Assembly: GCA_903879985.1 (NCBI GenBank)
Contig: CAIRNR010000004.1
Location: 32,762 to 96,761 of the forward strand
DNA length: 64,000 nucleotides
Source of the DNA: an uncultured candidate division WWE3 bacterium
Lineage (GTDB): Bacteria; Patescibacteriota; WWE3; UBA101185; UBA10185
Direction of reading: 5' to 3'
This document shows, one piece after another, positions 9,310-18,709 of this stretch (its first letter is position 1; the number at the start of each line of letters is the position of its first letter). Position numbers and translations under genes: made by a program. The notes beneath the pieces were generated by a model. It was given only the letters and a program-made list of their open reading frames with translations, did not search any database and had not been told where the DNA came from.

Positions 9310-10641
9310 CTAGTTTGCAACACCCTTAGTTTTTGGAATAGCCAAAAGCATTTTTGCTTGGGGATACCAACTGCCGTCAGATTTTTGCCATGCGAATCCC
9401 ATGGCGCACGGATCCGAGCTTCTAAATATAAATGGTGTAATGGCAACAATTCTCGGATCGTTTAGCCAGTAGTTTGTATAAGCATCCTTAAATCGGTCGG
9501 AGGTTGTGTCAGCGGACAATAAACCGGCTTGAACATATTGGCTACAACTAGTCTGACCTTCTTTATGAAGCCAACCTGTTTCAGTAATAAATATTGGCAA
9601 CGCACTTAAGCTGAAATTGGCTTTAAGTAAATTCATTTCCCACGCGTAGTTATTTATTGTATCGCGGGCGGTGTAGCCAAAGGGTAAGTTGTTTATGTCG
9701 CCACTAAAGTTTGGTTGTGGATATGAGTGTGTGGACCAGCCGTCAATTTTTTTAAATATTCCGGGTACAGCGTCATTCATTTTTATAAGATAAGTATCTT
9801 CACTCATGTAGCGATCTTGAGTTCGTGCGCTGCTGTTAAAAGCTCCTGGCATAATAAAAAAGTCTTTGCTTTTAGCTTTAAAAGATTTAATAGCTTTGTC
9901 CAAAGCTTGGGCGTATTCGTCGGGAGCTATTCTTTGGCACCAATAGTCTTTAGCATTCATTTCATTAAACAAAGCTATATATCTGTGTTTACTAGGCCAT
10001 TTAACACTGTTTAAAGTTGAGGCCAATGCGTCGAAATCCATTTTGTCTGGTTTGCATACGCTGTCATTTGAAATTTGAATAATTGGAATTAGATGCGCCG
10101 AGGCAGCTGCATCAAACATACCTTGCCAAGATTTTTGATTGCGATCATTAATACTCATTGTTAATAAAACGTATCCCCAATCGCCGCCGTTACTGTTTAC
10201 TAATTTTGCTGCTGCTTTTATATCGTCCGATATATTGTGAACATACATGCCGACTTTATTGTTAGCGGTTCCTCTTCCGTAAAATACTTGGTCTGATGCG
10301 TCGGTTACTGCATCTGCCGTTGGTGTTGGTGTAGGCGTAGAAGTTGGTGTTGGCGTAGGTGTGGGTGTTGCGGAGGGAGACGTAGTCCCATTTGGAGTTT
10401 GGTCTGCTGGTGCTGCGTTTACAATAATTTTGGTTGGAGAATTCTCAGCGGAGTCGTTCGCGCCTAAAACATTTGCAGGTTCTGACATTGTATTTTGTGT
10501 TGGCATTAATACCGCGAGTTTTTGCTTATGAAAACTTGTATACGCGTATGTTCCTATAACCGCGATTACAAGTAAAGTTATGGAAGAAAAAAAGATTTTC
10601 GAAAAAATTGAGCCTTGAGAATGTTGTCTGATTTTTGGCAT
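9310..10641 (-). CDS. Membrane-anchored clan GH-A-like glycoside hydrolase
   Basis: TM, TP linker, FNEMN (acid/base) and FITETGW (nucleophile), HSYP. Confidence 0.7.
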   Translation of the reverse strand: MPKIRQHSQGSIFSKIFFSSITLLVIAVIGTYAYTSFHKQKLAVLMPTQNTMSEPANVLGANDSAENSPTKIIVNAAPADQTPNGTTSPSATPTPTPTPTSTPTPTPTADAVTDASDQVFYGRGTANNKVGMYVHNISDDIKAAAKLVNSNGGDWGYVLLTMSINDRNQKSWQGMFDAAASAHLIPIIQISNDSVCKPDKMDFDALASTLNSVKWPSKHRYIALFNEMNAKDYWCQRIAPDEYAQALDKAIKSFKAKSKDFFIMPGAFNSSARTQDRYMSEDTYLIKMNDAVPGIFKKIDGWSTHSYPQPNFSGDINNLPFGYTARDTINNYAWEMNLLKANFSLSALPIFITETGWLHKEGQTSCSQYVQAGLLSADTTSDRFKDAYTNYWLNDPRIVAITPFIFRSSDPCAMGFAWQKSDGSWYPQAKMLLAIPKTKGVAN

Positions 10642-10684
10642 TTACCCATTTTGCTTTATGAAAGAGTTATTGTCAAAGGAGGAA

Positions 10685-10900
10685 TTAGATTTCAAAAACT
10701 TTATGTTTTGCGTTGTCACCTTGAATTAATTTAATGTGACTTTTAGGAATACTATAATGCTTGGAAAGTGCCTCTCTTATTGCATTGTTCGCTTTACCTT
10801 CCAATGGTGGTTCATTTACGTAAATATGAATATTTTCAAGTAAATCTGTGATTATTCTAGGTTTTTTGGAGTTTGGGTGAGCAACTACGTTTATTTTCAT
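10685..10900 (-). CDS. DUF167 (YggU) family protein
   Basis: V.PNSK, PPLEGKAN, G...HK. Confidence 0.88.
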   Translation of the reverse strand: MKINVVAHPNSKKPRIITDLLENIHIYVNEPPLEGKANNAIREALSKHYSIPKSHIKLIQGDNAKHKVFEI

Positions 10901-10916
10901 TTAGTTATTCTACTAC

Positions 10917-10954
10917 ACTATAAGCTTCTAAAACACAGTTAATCGTGATAGAAT
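10917..10954 (+). promoter_or_regulatory. Promoter with upstream ACTATAAG element
   Basis: ACTATAAG-c-TTCTAA-17bp-TAGAAT (TGn extended). Confidence 0.5.
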
Positions 10955-10976
10955 GGCGAAAATCTTAACATAGGAA

Positions 10977-12281
10977 ATGGGAGAGTGTGACATGGTAGCA
11001 AAAAAAGGTAGAAATGCCGGTGATTTCGAAGAAGATTCTGGTTTTGGTGTAGGTTCCGGAGGAAGCAAAGGAATGCTATATGAATTCCAGAGACTTACCC
11101 AGAAGATCAATGCCAAGGCCGCAAAGACGACAGCGCAACTCCCCATAAAAGGCGAAGCGACGTTGTTTCTTAGTGGGGGCCTTCAGATTGTAAAATTGGG
11201 GAAGGAAGCGCCAGAAGTTCGTGAGGCTGTGGAATATCTTATTAAAAACCCACGGATTCGTTATGCAAAAAGAATTGTTGTTCGTGAAAATGGTGTTGGT
11301 CTGGTGCCCGTGTTATTGGCACTTCAGTTTAAGGCCAAAACTTTTGATGTGTCGCTGTGGACTCTAAACACACTGCCGATACTGAGAAAAAACATTTTTG
11401 GAAACGGTGTCGAAGAACGTATTCGAATTTCCGTGGAAGCAAAAGCTTCAAGAAAGGGCGGTGTAGCAATTCTTGTACACGAACCTTTCCAGGCACGCGC
11501 AACAGTACTTGCTGAAATCCGGGACCTTTTGGGATTATCTCGTACCGGTATTGTTTACGTTATTTCTCACAAAAGCAAAGGTATTGAAACTTTGCTGCGG
11601 GACATAAATGAAAGCAATATGGTTGGAGAGGTCGTAGCGAGGGGTTTAGGTGGTGCAAGGGTGATTGAGGTTACTGCCGGGGTTTCGCAGAATTACAAAG
11701 ATTTTGTAGGAGATGCATCAGGTTTTGAGTGCACTGCCGCGGAGAAAAAAATATCGTTTCGTACCGCTTACTCATTATTTTCCCCGGAAAAAGTGGATGG
11801 CGGATCCGCAATGCTCATTCGGTATGTTTTTAAGATTACTGCTGCGGATAAGCTGGCAGCGCTTAAGGTATATGACATGGCGTGTGGCTACGGTGCGCTT
11901 GCATTGTCGATACTAAGCGCACGTGAAAACGCAACGGCGGTATTAAGCGACTCTGATGCTCGCGCCGTAAATTTGGCTCAGCTTAATGCAAAGTTACAGG
12001 GCATTGCTGCAAGGGTCAAAGTTGTATTGGCAGATGGACCGGATGGTGTGACTGGAGAATATGATTTGGTTGTTTCAAATCCTCCTTTGCATATTAGCCG
12101 TGGACATCTTGTTGAAGTACTTTACAACGCGCGTAAGTTGGTTAAAAAAGGAGGACGACTCATTTTGGTCGTGGAGGATTCTCGTGTTGTTGAGGTATGT
12201 GGTCTCATGAAAGACAAGGGAATCTATTTCACAAAAGTCTTCGATGGTGGAACGCATTCAGTTCTGGAGTACAAAAAGTAA
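10977..12281 (+). CDS. RsmC/RlmG-like (MTS) SAM methyltransferase with N-terminal extension
   Basis: LFSPEKVDGGS, DMACGYG, VSNPPLH; start may be 10992. Confidence 0.75.
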   Translation: MGECDMVAKKGRNAGDFEEDSGFGVGSGGSKGMLYEFQRLTQKINAKAAKTTAQLPIKGEATLFLSGGLQIVKLGKEAPEVREAVEYLIKNPRIRYAKRIVVRENGVGLVPVLLALQFKAKTFDVSLWTLNTLPILRKNIFGNGVEERIRISVEAKASRKGGVAILVHEPFQARATVLAEIRDLLGLSRTGIVYVISHKSKGIETLLRDINESNMVGEVVARGLGGARVIEVTAGVSQNYKDFVGDASGFECTAAEKKISFRTAYSLFSPEKVDGGSAMLIRYVFKITAADKLAALKVYDMACGYGALALSILSARENATAVLSDSDARAVNLAQLNAKLQGIAARVKVVLADGPDGVTGEYDLVVSNPPLHISRGHLVEVLYNARKLVKKGGRLILVVEDSRVVEVCGLMKDKGIYFTKVFDGGTHSVLEYKK

Positions 12282-12295
12282 AAGCTCCGGAAAAA

Positions 12296-12341
12296 CAAAA
12301 AGCAGGCTCGTGTTTATTAAACATTAGCCTGCTATTTTTTT
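12296..12341. terminator. Bidirectional terminator
   Basis: AGCAGGCT...AGCCTGCT flanked by A and T runs between convergent genes. Confidence 0.75.
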
Positions 12342-12355
12342 ACTTCTCCCCTATT

Positions 12356-12598
12356 CTATTCCTTTAACAATGGCCACTCTCCTGCATTAACGCCATCCAT
12401 GATAACCAAAATGATGCAATTGTTTGGTACATCAAGGTAATATCTGTGGCCCGGTGTTCCAAAATCCGCGATATCTTTTGTTAGCATATCGCCACGCAGG
12501 TATCTGGTATATCCGGCACTCTTTGCCTGTGCAATGATCCCAGCTTGATCTGTTACCAGATGCTGCAAATGCGGAGGAATCGTCACGACGAATGGCAT
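12356..12598 (-). CDS. Small hypothetical protein, last gene of ECF operon
   Basis: SD AAAGGAG, 80 aa. Confidence 0.7.
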   Translation of the reverse strand: MPFVVTIPPHLQHLVTDQAGIIAQAKSAGYTRYLRGDMLTKDIADFGTPGHRYYLDVPNNCIILVIMDGVNAGEWPLLKE

Positions 12599-12618
12599 AT
12601 CAAACTCCTTTCCCTTTC

Positions 12619-13353
12619 TTACTGAAAATAGACCAATTGTACGATCATAAGCGCAATGGTCACGATTACCAATGCTAAACCTTTTTTGCTTACGTGTACC
12701 TCGTTAAGTTCTGTGCGTGTTTTGTGTGCACCAAACCCTCGAACATCTAGAGCGATAGCTATTGTATCAACGCTCCGCATTTCTGTCGCTAAGAGCGCGG
12801 CCAATGTTGTCTTGATTCTTTCAAACCCTTTTTTGGATTTTCTAAGCGTTTGTACGTCATCAATGGCTTGAAGATCATATTGATACGTTGGAATCATACG
12901 TAGCGCTAGGTAGGCAATCCGTGAAAATCTATATGGAATGCCTACTTTTATCATCGACATTTCGAGTTCTTGAGGCGAGGTGCTAACGGAATACGCAATC
13001 GTGGATGCGACAAGCCCAAAAGTTCTTAGGACTATAGCGATTCCAACTTCCATACCTGTGTATGAAAGATTTAAAAACCAGATTGAAATCCCTTCCCCCG
13101 GTCTGGCCCAACCTTGGTATACAATCATTCCCCAACCTGAAATAGCCATAATTAAAGTAATTTTCAGGTACCGCCAAATATCAACGCGTGCGGCAAGAAA
13201 CGAAAAAATGGTGACTCCCAAAGTAACTGGCAACACTGTTTTAATGTCTCTCAGTGTGTATAACCAGCCAGCTATAATACAAATCCATACGAATTTCATT
13301 AGTGGATCTGTTCGGTTAAAAAGGGATCTGCCCGGTTTATATGCTAGAAGCAT
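12619..13353 (-). CDS. ecfT: ECF transporter transmembrane T component
   Basis: DPLMK, ALRMIP, Q.LR and VRGF X-R-X motifs; SD GGAGG before ATG 13353. Confidence 0.88.
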   Translation of the reverse strand: MLLAYKPGRSLFNRTDPLMKFVWICIIAGWLYTLRDIKTVLPVTLGVTIFSFLAARVDIWRYLKITLIMAISGWGMIVYQGWARPGEGISIWFLNLSYTGMEVGIAIVLRTFGLVASTIAYSVSTSPQELEMSMIKVGIPYRFSRIAYLALRMIPTYQYDLQAIDDVQTLRKSKKGFERIKTTLAALLATEMRSVDTIAIALDVRGFGAHKTRTELNEVHVSKKGLALVIVTIALMIVQLVYFQ

Positions 13354-14929
13354 TTTGCACCTCCAGTTGGCTTGGACTTGTTGGTAGATTTGCACTTAGG
13401 TAGTGCATTGCTAAAGCTACCGTGGGATTTATGCTTGCATATCCCAAATCTGAATATAAGCGAGAGGTCAAATCCGAGGTGTGTCCGCTAAATTGGATAG
13501 CCCCGTTTTTTAACACAATCACTTCTTGCACGAAACTTCCCATTATCCTGGGGTCGTGCGTGATGTAGATCGAGGCGCCGGTAAAGGTGCTCAAGATCTC
13601 TTCGAAAAACTGAACTTGTTGTGCATCCAGTCCTGCGGTGGGTTCGTCGAGAATCAACAAATCCATAGGGCGTACTGTTGCAATCGCCAATGAAAGTCGT
13701 CGTTGTTCTCCACCTGATAGTTGAAAGGGCGAGGTGTCTTTATACTTAGACAGATCAAATCTTTCAAGCCACATTGCCACTTCTCTTGCCGAACATGTAG
13801 TGCCGTAAGCAATTTCATCGGCTACAGTCGTAGTGATAAAACCCAAACCAGGTTTTTGAGGCATCATTGCGATGTTACTGGCCAAAGTTTGAATTTTACC
13901 TTTAGATTGCTTTCGTAAGCCCGCAGCAAGTCGCGCCAATGTAGACTTACCGGATCCGTTGTGTCCTATTATTGCCACACGAACTCCGTTTTTAATAACT
14001 GCGGTTATATCCTTTAAGGCCAAAGTGCCGTCTGGATAACGATAGAAAACGTCATTGAGGTTCACGATATCTTTACCAGTACCGTTATTGTGTCTTTTAA
14101 CTGGCATCACTGTAACGTTAGCAGGCAAAAAAATCTTGCCTTTAACGATTCGAGTCAAAATATGTAGACCTGCGAGTTTTCTTTGGATCTGCATGACATG
14201 TGGTACTTCCACTTTGGCTTTTTTCATCGCCGTAAAACATTTTGGAAGTTTCTCGATATCAGTATCGATTGTCACTTTTCCGGAATCTAGCACGATTAAG
14301 CGTGTAGCTAGTTCAAGAAAAGGATCTAGCCAGTGCGTTGCCACTATTACGATGTCTACGGATTTTTTAATCTCCTTTAAGGCATCAATTACATCAGCAA
14401 CACCTTCTGGGTCTATATTGGCCAGCGGTTCGTCCAGAATCAGAATTTTCGGTCTGAGTGCGAGCAACGACGCTATTGCCAATCTTTGTAGCTGTCCACC
14501 CGACAATGTATCTACAGAAACATTTTCCAAATTTTCAAGGTGCATTAACTTAAGGGCATCTCTGCTTCGGCTTATTACCTCTTTTTTAGGGTAAAGAAAG
14601 TTACATAATGCTGCCGTTGCTTCTTCGATTACAGTTAAGTTACAAACCTGGCTGCCGGGATCTTGCAAAACAAAACCTACTCTGCCGGCAAGACCCTTAA
14701 TTCCCAAATTCTTTACCGATTTACCTCCAAAGGTAATTTCTCCTGTTATCTTTCCACCATAGTATTCGTATAAAATTCCCAAAATGGCTTGGAGCAATGT
14801 TGATTTGCCTCCGCCGTTTGGACCAGATAAGAGTACAAACTCGCCCGAAGATATTTGAATATCAACATTTGTTAAAGCTCTTACTCCGTTGATATACGAG
14901 TATGAAAGGTTGTTCACTGAAAGTTGCAT
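13337..14929 (-). CDS. ECF transporter fused double ATPase
   Basis: Two ABC cassettes: GPNGGGKST/LSGGQ/LDEP and GHNGSGKST/LSGGE/LDEP. Confidence 0.9.
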   Translation of the reverse strand: MQLSVNNLSYSYINGVRALTNVDIQISSGEFVLLSGPNGGGKSTLLQAILGILYEYYGGKITGEITFGGKSVKNLGIKGLAGRVGFVLQDPGSQVCNLTVIEEATAALCNFLYPKKEVISRSRDALKLMHLENLENVSVDTLSGGQLQRLAIASLLALRPKILILDEPLANIDPEGVADVIDALKEIKKSVDIVIVATHWLDPFLELATRLIVLDSGKVTIDTDIEKLPKCFTAMKKAKVEVPHVMQIQRKLAGLHILTRIVKGKIFLPANVTVMPVKRHNNGTGKDIVNLNDVFYRYPDGTLALKDITAVIKNGVRVAIIGHNGSGKSTLARLAAGLRKQSKGKIQTLASNIAMMPQKPGLGFITTTVADEIAYGTTCSAREVAMWLERFDLSKYKDTSPFQLSGGEQRRLSLAIATVRPMDLLILDEPTAGLDAQQVQFFEEILSTFTGASIYITHDPRIMGSFVQEVIVLKNGAIQFSGHTSDLTSRLYSDLGYASINPTVALAMHYLSANLPTSPSQLEVQNASSI

Positions 14930-14944
14930 AGTACCCTCCAATAC

Positions 14945-14987
14945 AAAAGAAGGCCCGTCATTTTTTGTGTAAAAAAACGACGGGCCA
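14945..14987 (-). terminator. Hairpin between S component and ATPase genes
   Basis: GGCCCGTC...GACGGGCC followed by TTCTTTT on minus strand. Confidence 0.7.
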
Positions 14988-15027
14988 GTTTAGACACCGA
15001 ATATATAACTAACTGCTCCAGGCCTTC

Positions 15028-15627
15028 TTAATCAGGTACAAAGCCGGTTGCAGGAGTGGTGGCTTGAGATGCGGTTAATTTGCCCCACCCAGTTTTTGCA
15101 ATCGGAATCAATGCCCAGAAGACCATGACGCTGGTGAAGATCTTTCCGATGAAGCCCGGCCCGTAATATCCCAATAGTCCAGGAAGGGTTAACGGCACTG
15201 CATCGCGGTATCCATCCGGTAACCATCCCAGGGCCCATGCGATTAAGGATCCCAAAATCACCGTGCCCATATTGATATTACCGCGGAACCACCAGAAGGC
15301 GAGATCAACGCCAAGGCCTTCAATTCCGTCGGCAAGGATTACCCAAAGGCCGATCGGTGAGCCCAGCATCAACTCGACAACGCCTGACAGAAGTTTAACA
15401 ATCGTTGCAGCCCCAGGTTTCCTGATCCGCAGGATGATTAAGAAGCTGACGACGTTGAATCCAAAACTGCCAAAGAGGTCTTTCACGGCTGGGATAATTT
15501 GTGCGCCATAAATAAACTGCGCCCAACCCCACTGCCACAGACCGGCAACCACAACCATTCCCGCCATTTCGACAAAATCGCGCGTGGTAAAACCACCCCA
15601 TTTAGGTCGTGCCATTTTCGTTTCCAT
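15028..15627 (-). CDS. ECF transporter S component (YkoE-like)
   Basis: IRKPGAA...GVVELMLGS...G.IEGLGVDL; SD AAGGAG before ATG 15627. Confidence 0.82.
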   Translation of the reverse strand: METKMARPKWGGFTTRDFVEMAGMVVVAGLWQWGWAQFIYGAQIIPAVKDLFGSFGFNVVSFLIILRIRKPGAATIVKLLSGVVELMLGSPIGLWVILADGIEGLGVDLAFWWFRGNINMGTVILGSLIAWALGWLPDGYRDAVPLTLPGLLGYYGPGFIGKIFTSVMVFWALIPIAKTGWGKLTASQATTPATGFVPD

Positions 15628-15725
15628 AACCTTGCTCCTTTTTTCAAACGTATTGATATTTCTGATGTGATTTTTGACGAGTGAAAACTCGGTGTCTTCT
15701 AAATGACTTTCTTCTTCTGCGCGCC

Positions 15726-15763
15726 AATGTAACACACTTTATTTTGATATACAAGCATATAGT
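15726..15763 (-). promoter_or_regulatory. ECF operon promoter with upstream ACTATATG element
   Basis: ACTATATG-c-TTGTAT-17bp-TACATT. Confidence 0.55.
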
Positions 15764-15783
15764 ACTTAGACTATACTTTTAAA

Positions 15784-16008
15784 GTGCACATACTATTTCA
15801 CATAATCCTTTTACCATTCAGAATCATGTTTTTTATACTAAAAATGCTTTTTCACCTTATCAAATATCTTTTTATGCATGTAGGTCGCTTTTTGATTGTC
15901 ACGCTGGGCTTAAGTGATGATGTGGTTTTGGGTATTATGGCGGTTATTATGTTTCCTTTAACCTACTTTAAACTGATTCCAAAGCGCAAGGTTAAAAGAA
16001 CTTTTTAA
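15784..16008 (+). CDS. Small hypothetical membrane protein
   Basis: GTG just after TATACT, amphipathic 74 aa. Confidence 0.55.
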   Translation: MHILFHIILLPFRIMFFILKMLFHLIKYLFMHVGRFLIVTLGLSDDVVLGIMAVIMFPLTYFKLIPKRKVKRTF

Positions 16009-16039
16009 GCGTTGTATTTTTGTTATCATTAAGGAAGTT

Positions 16040-16369
16040 ATGTTCGAAGTTTACGATAAAAAAATTAAGCAACTTATAAACTCAAAATCAAAAGAAACTT
16101 CTTGGGCAGATGTATTAAGTACTCACCGCGAGATGATTTCCCTAATTCAGCACGAACGGCTTATTCATTTATTGGTTATGATTTTTGTGGGTATTGTAAT
16201 GGCAATGTCTTGCTTTGCTACTATCCTTTCAAGTGCGCCAAGCTTAATTATTTTGGACCTACCTTTGATGGTTCTTTTTATTGCTTATATCTTTCATTAC
16301 AGATTTTTAGAAAACACCACTCAAGCCTGGTATACGTATATTGAAAAAATTAAGGAGAAAATTAACTAA
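16040..16369 (+). CDS. Hypothetical membrane protein (QHERLIHL family)
   Basis: QHERLIHLLV...YIFHY..LEN..Q..Y motif, 2 TM. Confidence 0.75.
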   Translation: MFEVYDKKIKQLINSKSKETSWADVLSTHREMISLIQHERLIHLLVMIFVGIVMAMSCFATILSSAPSLIILDLPLMVLFIAYIFHYRFLENTTQAWYTYIEKIKEKIN

Positions 16370-16776
16370 TGTTAAAAGGATTCAGGGATTTTATTATGAA
16401 AGGTAATGTAGTTGATATGGCAGTTGGAGTTGTGATTGGTGTCTCTTTTGGTGCTGTAGTTACTGCAATGGTTAAAGATTTAATTACACCACTCATCGGA
16501 GTATTCGGTGGAACTCCAGATTTTTCCGGTGTTTCATTTACATTGAATAATAGTAAGTTTTATGTCGGTGATTTTTTGAATACTTTAATTTCATTTCTTT
16601 TGCTTTCGGCTGTAATTTATTTTGCCGTAATACTTCCAATGAATAGACTAACGAAAAAAATGAAGGGAGATGTGAAACCTGAGCCAACTGAAAAGCAATG
16701 TGCCGAATGTTTAAGCATGATTCCCATTAAGGCTATGCGCTGTAAGTTTTGTACTGCTCTGCAGGAAAGTAACTAA
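16369..16776 (+). CDS. mscL: Large-conductance mechanosensitive channel with C-terminal CxxC-CxxC
   Basis: FRDFIMKGNVVDMAVGVVIG, GDFLN. Confidence 0.95.
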   Translation: MLKGFRDFIMKGNVVDMAVGVVIGVSFGAVVTAMVKDLITPLIGVFGGTPDFSGVSFTLNNSKFYVGDFLNTLISFLLLSAVIYFAVILPMNRLTKKMKGDVKPEPTEKQCAECLSMIPIKAMRCKFCTALQESN

Positions 16777-16779
16777 TAA

Positions 16780-17466
16780 ATGAGCTTGGTTCATAAAACA
16801 AAAGTATCATGGCTTCGTGATTTTTTTCTTGGTGGTCAGGATGGCTTAGTAAATGTTTTGGGAATTGTACTTGGCCTTTTTGCCGCCGGTGGTGAATCTC
16901 ATATCATAATAGTAGCTGGAATGGCTGCCGCCTTTGCTGAGGCCGTTTCCATGGGAGCCGTTGCTTACACCTCTACCCTAGCCCAAAAAGATTTTTACGA
17001 TAAACAAAAACAAAACGAAAAAGCGCATATCGAAAAATTTCCTGAAGAAGAAAAACAAGAATTATATAAAATTTATTCTGCAAAAGGCTTTGAGGGAAAA
17101 CTTTTGGACGATATCGTGGATGAGATAGTTTCTGATAAAGAAGTTTGGGTAAATATAATGATGGAAGAGGAATTGGATTTATCAAAGGTTGATACTTCAA
17201 GCATTGTAAATAGCGCGTTAGTGGTTGGACTTTCAGCGTTGGTTGGTTCGTTTGTTCCGATTTTACCTTTGTTTTTTCTAGCCAGAACAGATGCTTTGAT
17301 AGCAAGTATTGTTGTTTCTGCATTGGCACTTTTTGCGGCCGGTGTTTATGAGGCAAAATCTTACGTGGGTAATTGGTTGCACAAAGGTTTGCAGATGGTA
17401 GCAATTGGTATGGGTGCAGCTCTTGTTGGATTTTTGGTCGGACGAGTTTTTAACGTAAATCCCTAA
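16780..17466 (+). CDS. VIT1/CCC1 family iron/manganese transporter
   Basis: LGGQDGLV, A.SM, PEEEKQEL, MMEEEL. Confidence 0.92.
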   Translation: MSLVHKTKVSWLRDFFLGGQDGLVNVLGIVLGLFAAGGESHIIIVAGMAAAFAEAVSMGAVAYTSTLAQKDFYDKQKQNEKAHIEKFPEEEKQELYKIYSAKGFEGKLLDDIVDEIVSDKEVWVNIMMEEELDLSKVDTSSIVNSALVVGLSALVGSFVPILPLFFLARTDALIASIVVSALALFAAGVYEAKSYVGNWLHKGLQMVAIGMGAALVGFLVGRVFNVNP

Positions 17467-17484
17467 TTAGATTTAGAAATTAAT

Positions 17485-17524
17485 AAAAAAGAAACCCTCA
17501 GCGATTTTGTCGAAGAGGGTTTTA
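17485..17524. terminator. Terminator between convergent genes
   Basis: AAACCCTC...GAGGGTTT. Confidence 0.7.
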
Positions 17525-17538
17525 TGCCGGTCGATTCA

Positions 17539-17985
17539 TTAATGTGTATCGGTTGTTCCGGTTAACATCATGTAGGCGCGACGTTTCATATCTGCCAATT
17601 CCTGGTTGTCTTCCAAAATAAGATCACAGGATTCATCCAAGAGCGTTGCCGGATTATCAGTACGTTCCAGGTCGCTTAAAAGAATTGGACCGCAAGAATA
17701 CCATTCAAACGTATCCTCATCGGGAATTACTATCATCATTATTTTGGCGCCATATTGTTTAATCAGTCTTGTCATTTCTTTTGATGCCGGAGTTGGAAAA
17801 ATGCCAAAAAATTTGATTGCTTTGAGTGGAATTGCCGGTGTGTTACAGATGCGCCAAAAGCCATCTGGTACATCCAGTGTTACCACCCAGCCTTCTGGTA
17901 CCTTGATACTGTCAAGAATGTCGGTTCTACCTCCGACGGCTCTTCCCAGGTCGGTCAAGTGCATAATTAAGTCACCGTTTTTCAT
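17539..17985 (-). CDS. Hypothetical protein
   Basis: SD AAAAGGAG, own promoter and terminator. Confidence 0.7.
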   Translation of the reverse strand: MKNGDLIMHLTDLGRAVGGRTDILDSIKVPEGWVVTLDVPDGFWRICNTPAIPLKAIKFFGIFPTPASKEMTRLIKQYGAKIMMIVIPDEDTFEWYSCGPILLSDLERTDNPATLLDESCDLILEDNQELADMKRRAYMMLTGTTDTH

Positions 17986-18018
17986 TGCTGTCTCCTTTTA
18001 TCGTCGTCTATTTTGATG

Positions 18019-18056
18019 ATGTTAGCATGTGCCCAATTCGTTTGCAACCTATAGGT
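18019..18056 (-). promoter_or_regulatory. Promoter with upstream ACCTATAGG element
   Basis: CCTATAGG-TTGCAA-17bp-TAACAT (TGn extended). Confidence 0.6.
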
Positions 18057-18065
18057 CCTTTGGTG

Positions 18066-18605
18066 CTATTTACTTATAGTCGCGTAGACCTCGTACCAAT
18101 TCGTTGTAATTTCCTTTTGGGCCTCCGATAAAGTTATTTTTCCGCTGCAAACTTGCGCATGTAAAAAATTCTCTACTTGGTCTTTTTGTTTTGCTTGTTG
18201 AATTGGTTCAGGAAATAAGTTGTTTGGATCGCTTGGGTTTCCACCAATCTCTAAAGGTATTATATGATCTTCTTCGTAGTCAGCTAGCTTTGTGTCGTCG
18301 TATCCATAATCCTTAATGCCCTGCACTTTCAGCTTGTTTGTATAAGTAACGCTTGGTCTTACCCTTGCGGTATATCCTGAAACGCAAATAGTTGTCTTTA
18401 TGTTTTCCTGGGTTACGTTTGGATCGATTGTGCCGGGATTACATTCTGGATCAGGTAGAGTTCCGTTTAAGCTGCATTTAGAGGTTTTAGCTGGCGTGGC
18501 TGTTACTGCAGATGTAGATTGAGAAGTTTGCTGTATATTTGAGGAGTTTTTTGTTGGTGTAGCGCTTTTGAGTACAAAATAAATCACTGTAGCAACAAGC
18601 ACCAC
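18066..18605 (-). CDS. Membrane-anchored HNH-like secreted protein
   Basis: YEEDHIIPLEIGG.P.D..NL.PE...KD..EN; N-terminal TM, frame open upstream to an ATA at 18644. Confidence 0.7.
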   Translation of the reverse strand: MVLVATVIYFVLKSATPTKNSSNIQQTSQSTSAVTATPAKTSKCSLNGTLPDPECNPGTIDPNVTQENIKTTICVSGYTARVRPSVTYTNKLKVQGIKDYGYDDTKLADYEEDHIIPLEIGGNPSDPNNLFPEPIQQAKQKDQVENFLHAQVCSGKITLSEAQKEITTNWYEVYATISK

Positions 18606-18709
18606 TATTATAGCTATTTTGGTTTCGCGTGAGAATTTATATATAAACGATTATACCTTGTTGTGCTATACTCGCCGCACAAATATTACCCCAAAAAAAG
18701 GAGAAGGTA

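Noticed and set aside
15628-15725. TPP riboswitch ahead of ECF S component
   Set aside because: No CTGAGA or other TPP core motifs visible
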